A stretch of DNA of 64,000 bases from Glycera tridactyla (Eukaryota), in assembly GCA_965644265.1 (NCBI GenBank), contig OZ286475.1, positions 57,226,001 through 57,290,000 on the forward strand, in the 5' to 3' direction. Within the stretch, counting starts at the first letter, position 1. Each line of letters starts with the position of its first letter. Of this stretch, positions 63,585 to 64,000 are shown one piece after another. Made by a program: the position numbers and the translations under genes. Below the pieces are notes generated by a model that was not told where the DNA came from, made no database searches, and saw only the letters and a list, made by a program, of their open reading frames with translations.

Positions 63585-64000
63585 ATTCTACAAACTGTAC
63601 AGGATTCGTCTCACTCATTTAGATTAATCGCAAATGGAACAGAATTTCAAACTTCATGAAAGGATGAATATATTTCCTGGAAAAAATTGAAGCATAAAAT
63701 GCCAAATTTCAAATTTTCAAAATGGATTTTCCTGGGTCTGCATCCAGGGATCTCTTGGGACATGGAAAGGGGGCAGAAAGAAAGGCAAGAGGAGGGACCT
63801 TTTATGTATGCAAAATGTGGATAAAACGGGGAAATTCCTGGTTCTTGTGATGTGTCACTAAACTCGGTGTTTTAAGAAAGACGAATGTGTTCTCATGCTG
63901 GGAACAAAGCGAAGGAGTGTTCCTTTTCTTTTTGAGTCGAATGCGGAAACTCTTGTCATCGGAATATCTAACAAACATGTATACCAACAACAAAGACGGC

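Overview
Draft-assembly genomic DNA from an animal, probably a marine invertebrate (inferred from Deu/Nin-type SINEs, L2/CR1 LINE and Tc1/pogo MITE content). It has 12 N-gaps and no prokaryotic features or CRISPR array. I can support no complete, recognisable protein-coding gene: most ORFs in the track are translations of repeats, microsatellites or gaps. The window reads as mostly intronic or intergenic DNA densely filled with MITEs, SINEs, a 5'-truncated LINE, foldback palindromes and simple repeats. Three signals stand out. (1) Two + strand splice acceptors with long AG-free zones are immediately followed by a consensus GTGAGT donor (21274/21275 and 43021/43022). With a donor at 52 and a strong acceptor at 63581, they would cut a ~63.5 kb intron into three ~21 kb pieces, as in recursive (ratchet) splicing. 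(2) A dispersed 293-bp tandem-repeat family in which each unit resembles a self-contained tRNA-type Pol III transcription unit (A box, B box, single oligo-T terminator, hairpins). (3) A minus-strand 133-aa ORF with a textbook signal peptide and phase-compatible downstream exon candidates. All functional claims are inferences needing RNA-seq or homology searches.
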